Source: Felis catus
Lineage: Eukaryota
Direction: 5' to 3'
DNA: 64,000 bases
Assembly (NCBI RefSeq): GCF_018350175.1
Contig: NC_058373.1
Span: 110,176,001-110,240,000, forward strand
Position numbers and translations under genes: made by a program. The notes under the pieces are model-generated. The model was not told the origin of the DNA and did not search any database. It saw only the letters and a list, made by a program, of their open reading frames with translations. Position 1 is the stretch's first letter; each line of letters starts with the position of its first letter. Positions 63,343 through 64,000 of this stretch are shown here, in pieces.

Positions 63343-64000
63343 GTAGCAGCTTCACATTACATATTTTCCTCACTGCAGTATCAAAAAAGAAGGGAAATGT
63401 GACATTGTAAATTAGCCATCATTTTTTAAATTGAATAAATGGTAGAATCCATGGTGGAATGGGTCCTAGAATTGCAAGTAGAGTTTATCTCTTGCCGACT
63501 CTGATGACTGTGGTAGCACCTGCCGAGACCACCATGTACAAAGATCATTGAACCCAAGTCTAAGATCGGCAGCAACGAGGATCGTTGTTGATTAGTACTG
63601 TCTGCAGTGGTGCTCTGTGATTGGAAGGGTAAGGAAGGAGGGGAGTATTGACAAGATTTCCAACCTTGACTAAGCTGAATGCTGAAACGGTGTGCTGGGT
63701 AATGTTAAGTATCAACCAGAGAAGACCATGGAAATAGAATCTAAATTGGGGTGATTACTAGCTTTCGCATGCTTCTAAATATCTTGTGCCTGGTCAAGAA
63801 TTCAGGGTGTTCATTGGTAAAGAAAAAGAGGTGGCTCCAACAGCTTATGCTAAAATGTAAGGAGACCTTGTGGCTCCCAAACTCACTAGGACACAATCGC
63901 ACAACCCTAGGTGCCTCCCTTGAAGTTGTACATCTAAGGATGGCCTCAATTCTCACAATCAGCCCATATATAACACTTCTAATTTCCACCCCCACTCCAC

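Overview
Mammalian genomic DNA, almost certainly felid, judged from many near-consensus SINEC_Fc-type CAN-SINEs. The whole window lies inside the rod-domain part of SYNE2 (nesprin-2) on the + strand. I could trace 24 consecutive coding exons: the first is 5'-truncated by the window edge and the last ends at 63342. All have GT-AG boundaries, their phases match at every junction, and they give one uninterrupted reading frame that I recognise from memory as nesprin-2 (spectrin-repeat helices, then Ser/Glu-rich linker segments). Introns are packed with repeats: roughly 45 CAN-SINEs (many with exact target-site duplications, several nested), L1 and L2 fragments, MIRs, MER58A and Charlie1-like hAT DNA transposons, several solo LTRs, and a decayed ERV-L reverse-transcriptase remnant. 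Almost all other ORFs in the supplied track are SINE/L1 read-through or chance ORFs. I found no convincing novel biological system. The best leads are a SINE-free, CpG-richer intron upstream of a strong in-frame ATG (possible internal promoter), tandem splice donors, inverted SINE pairs flanking exons, and very young SINE insertions. Repeat family names and comparisons with human nesprin-2 are from recall, not database searches; repeat coordinates are approximate.
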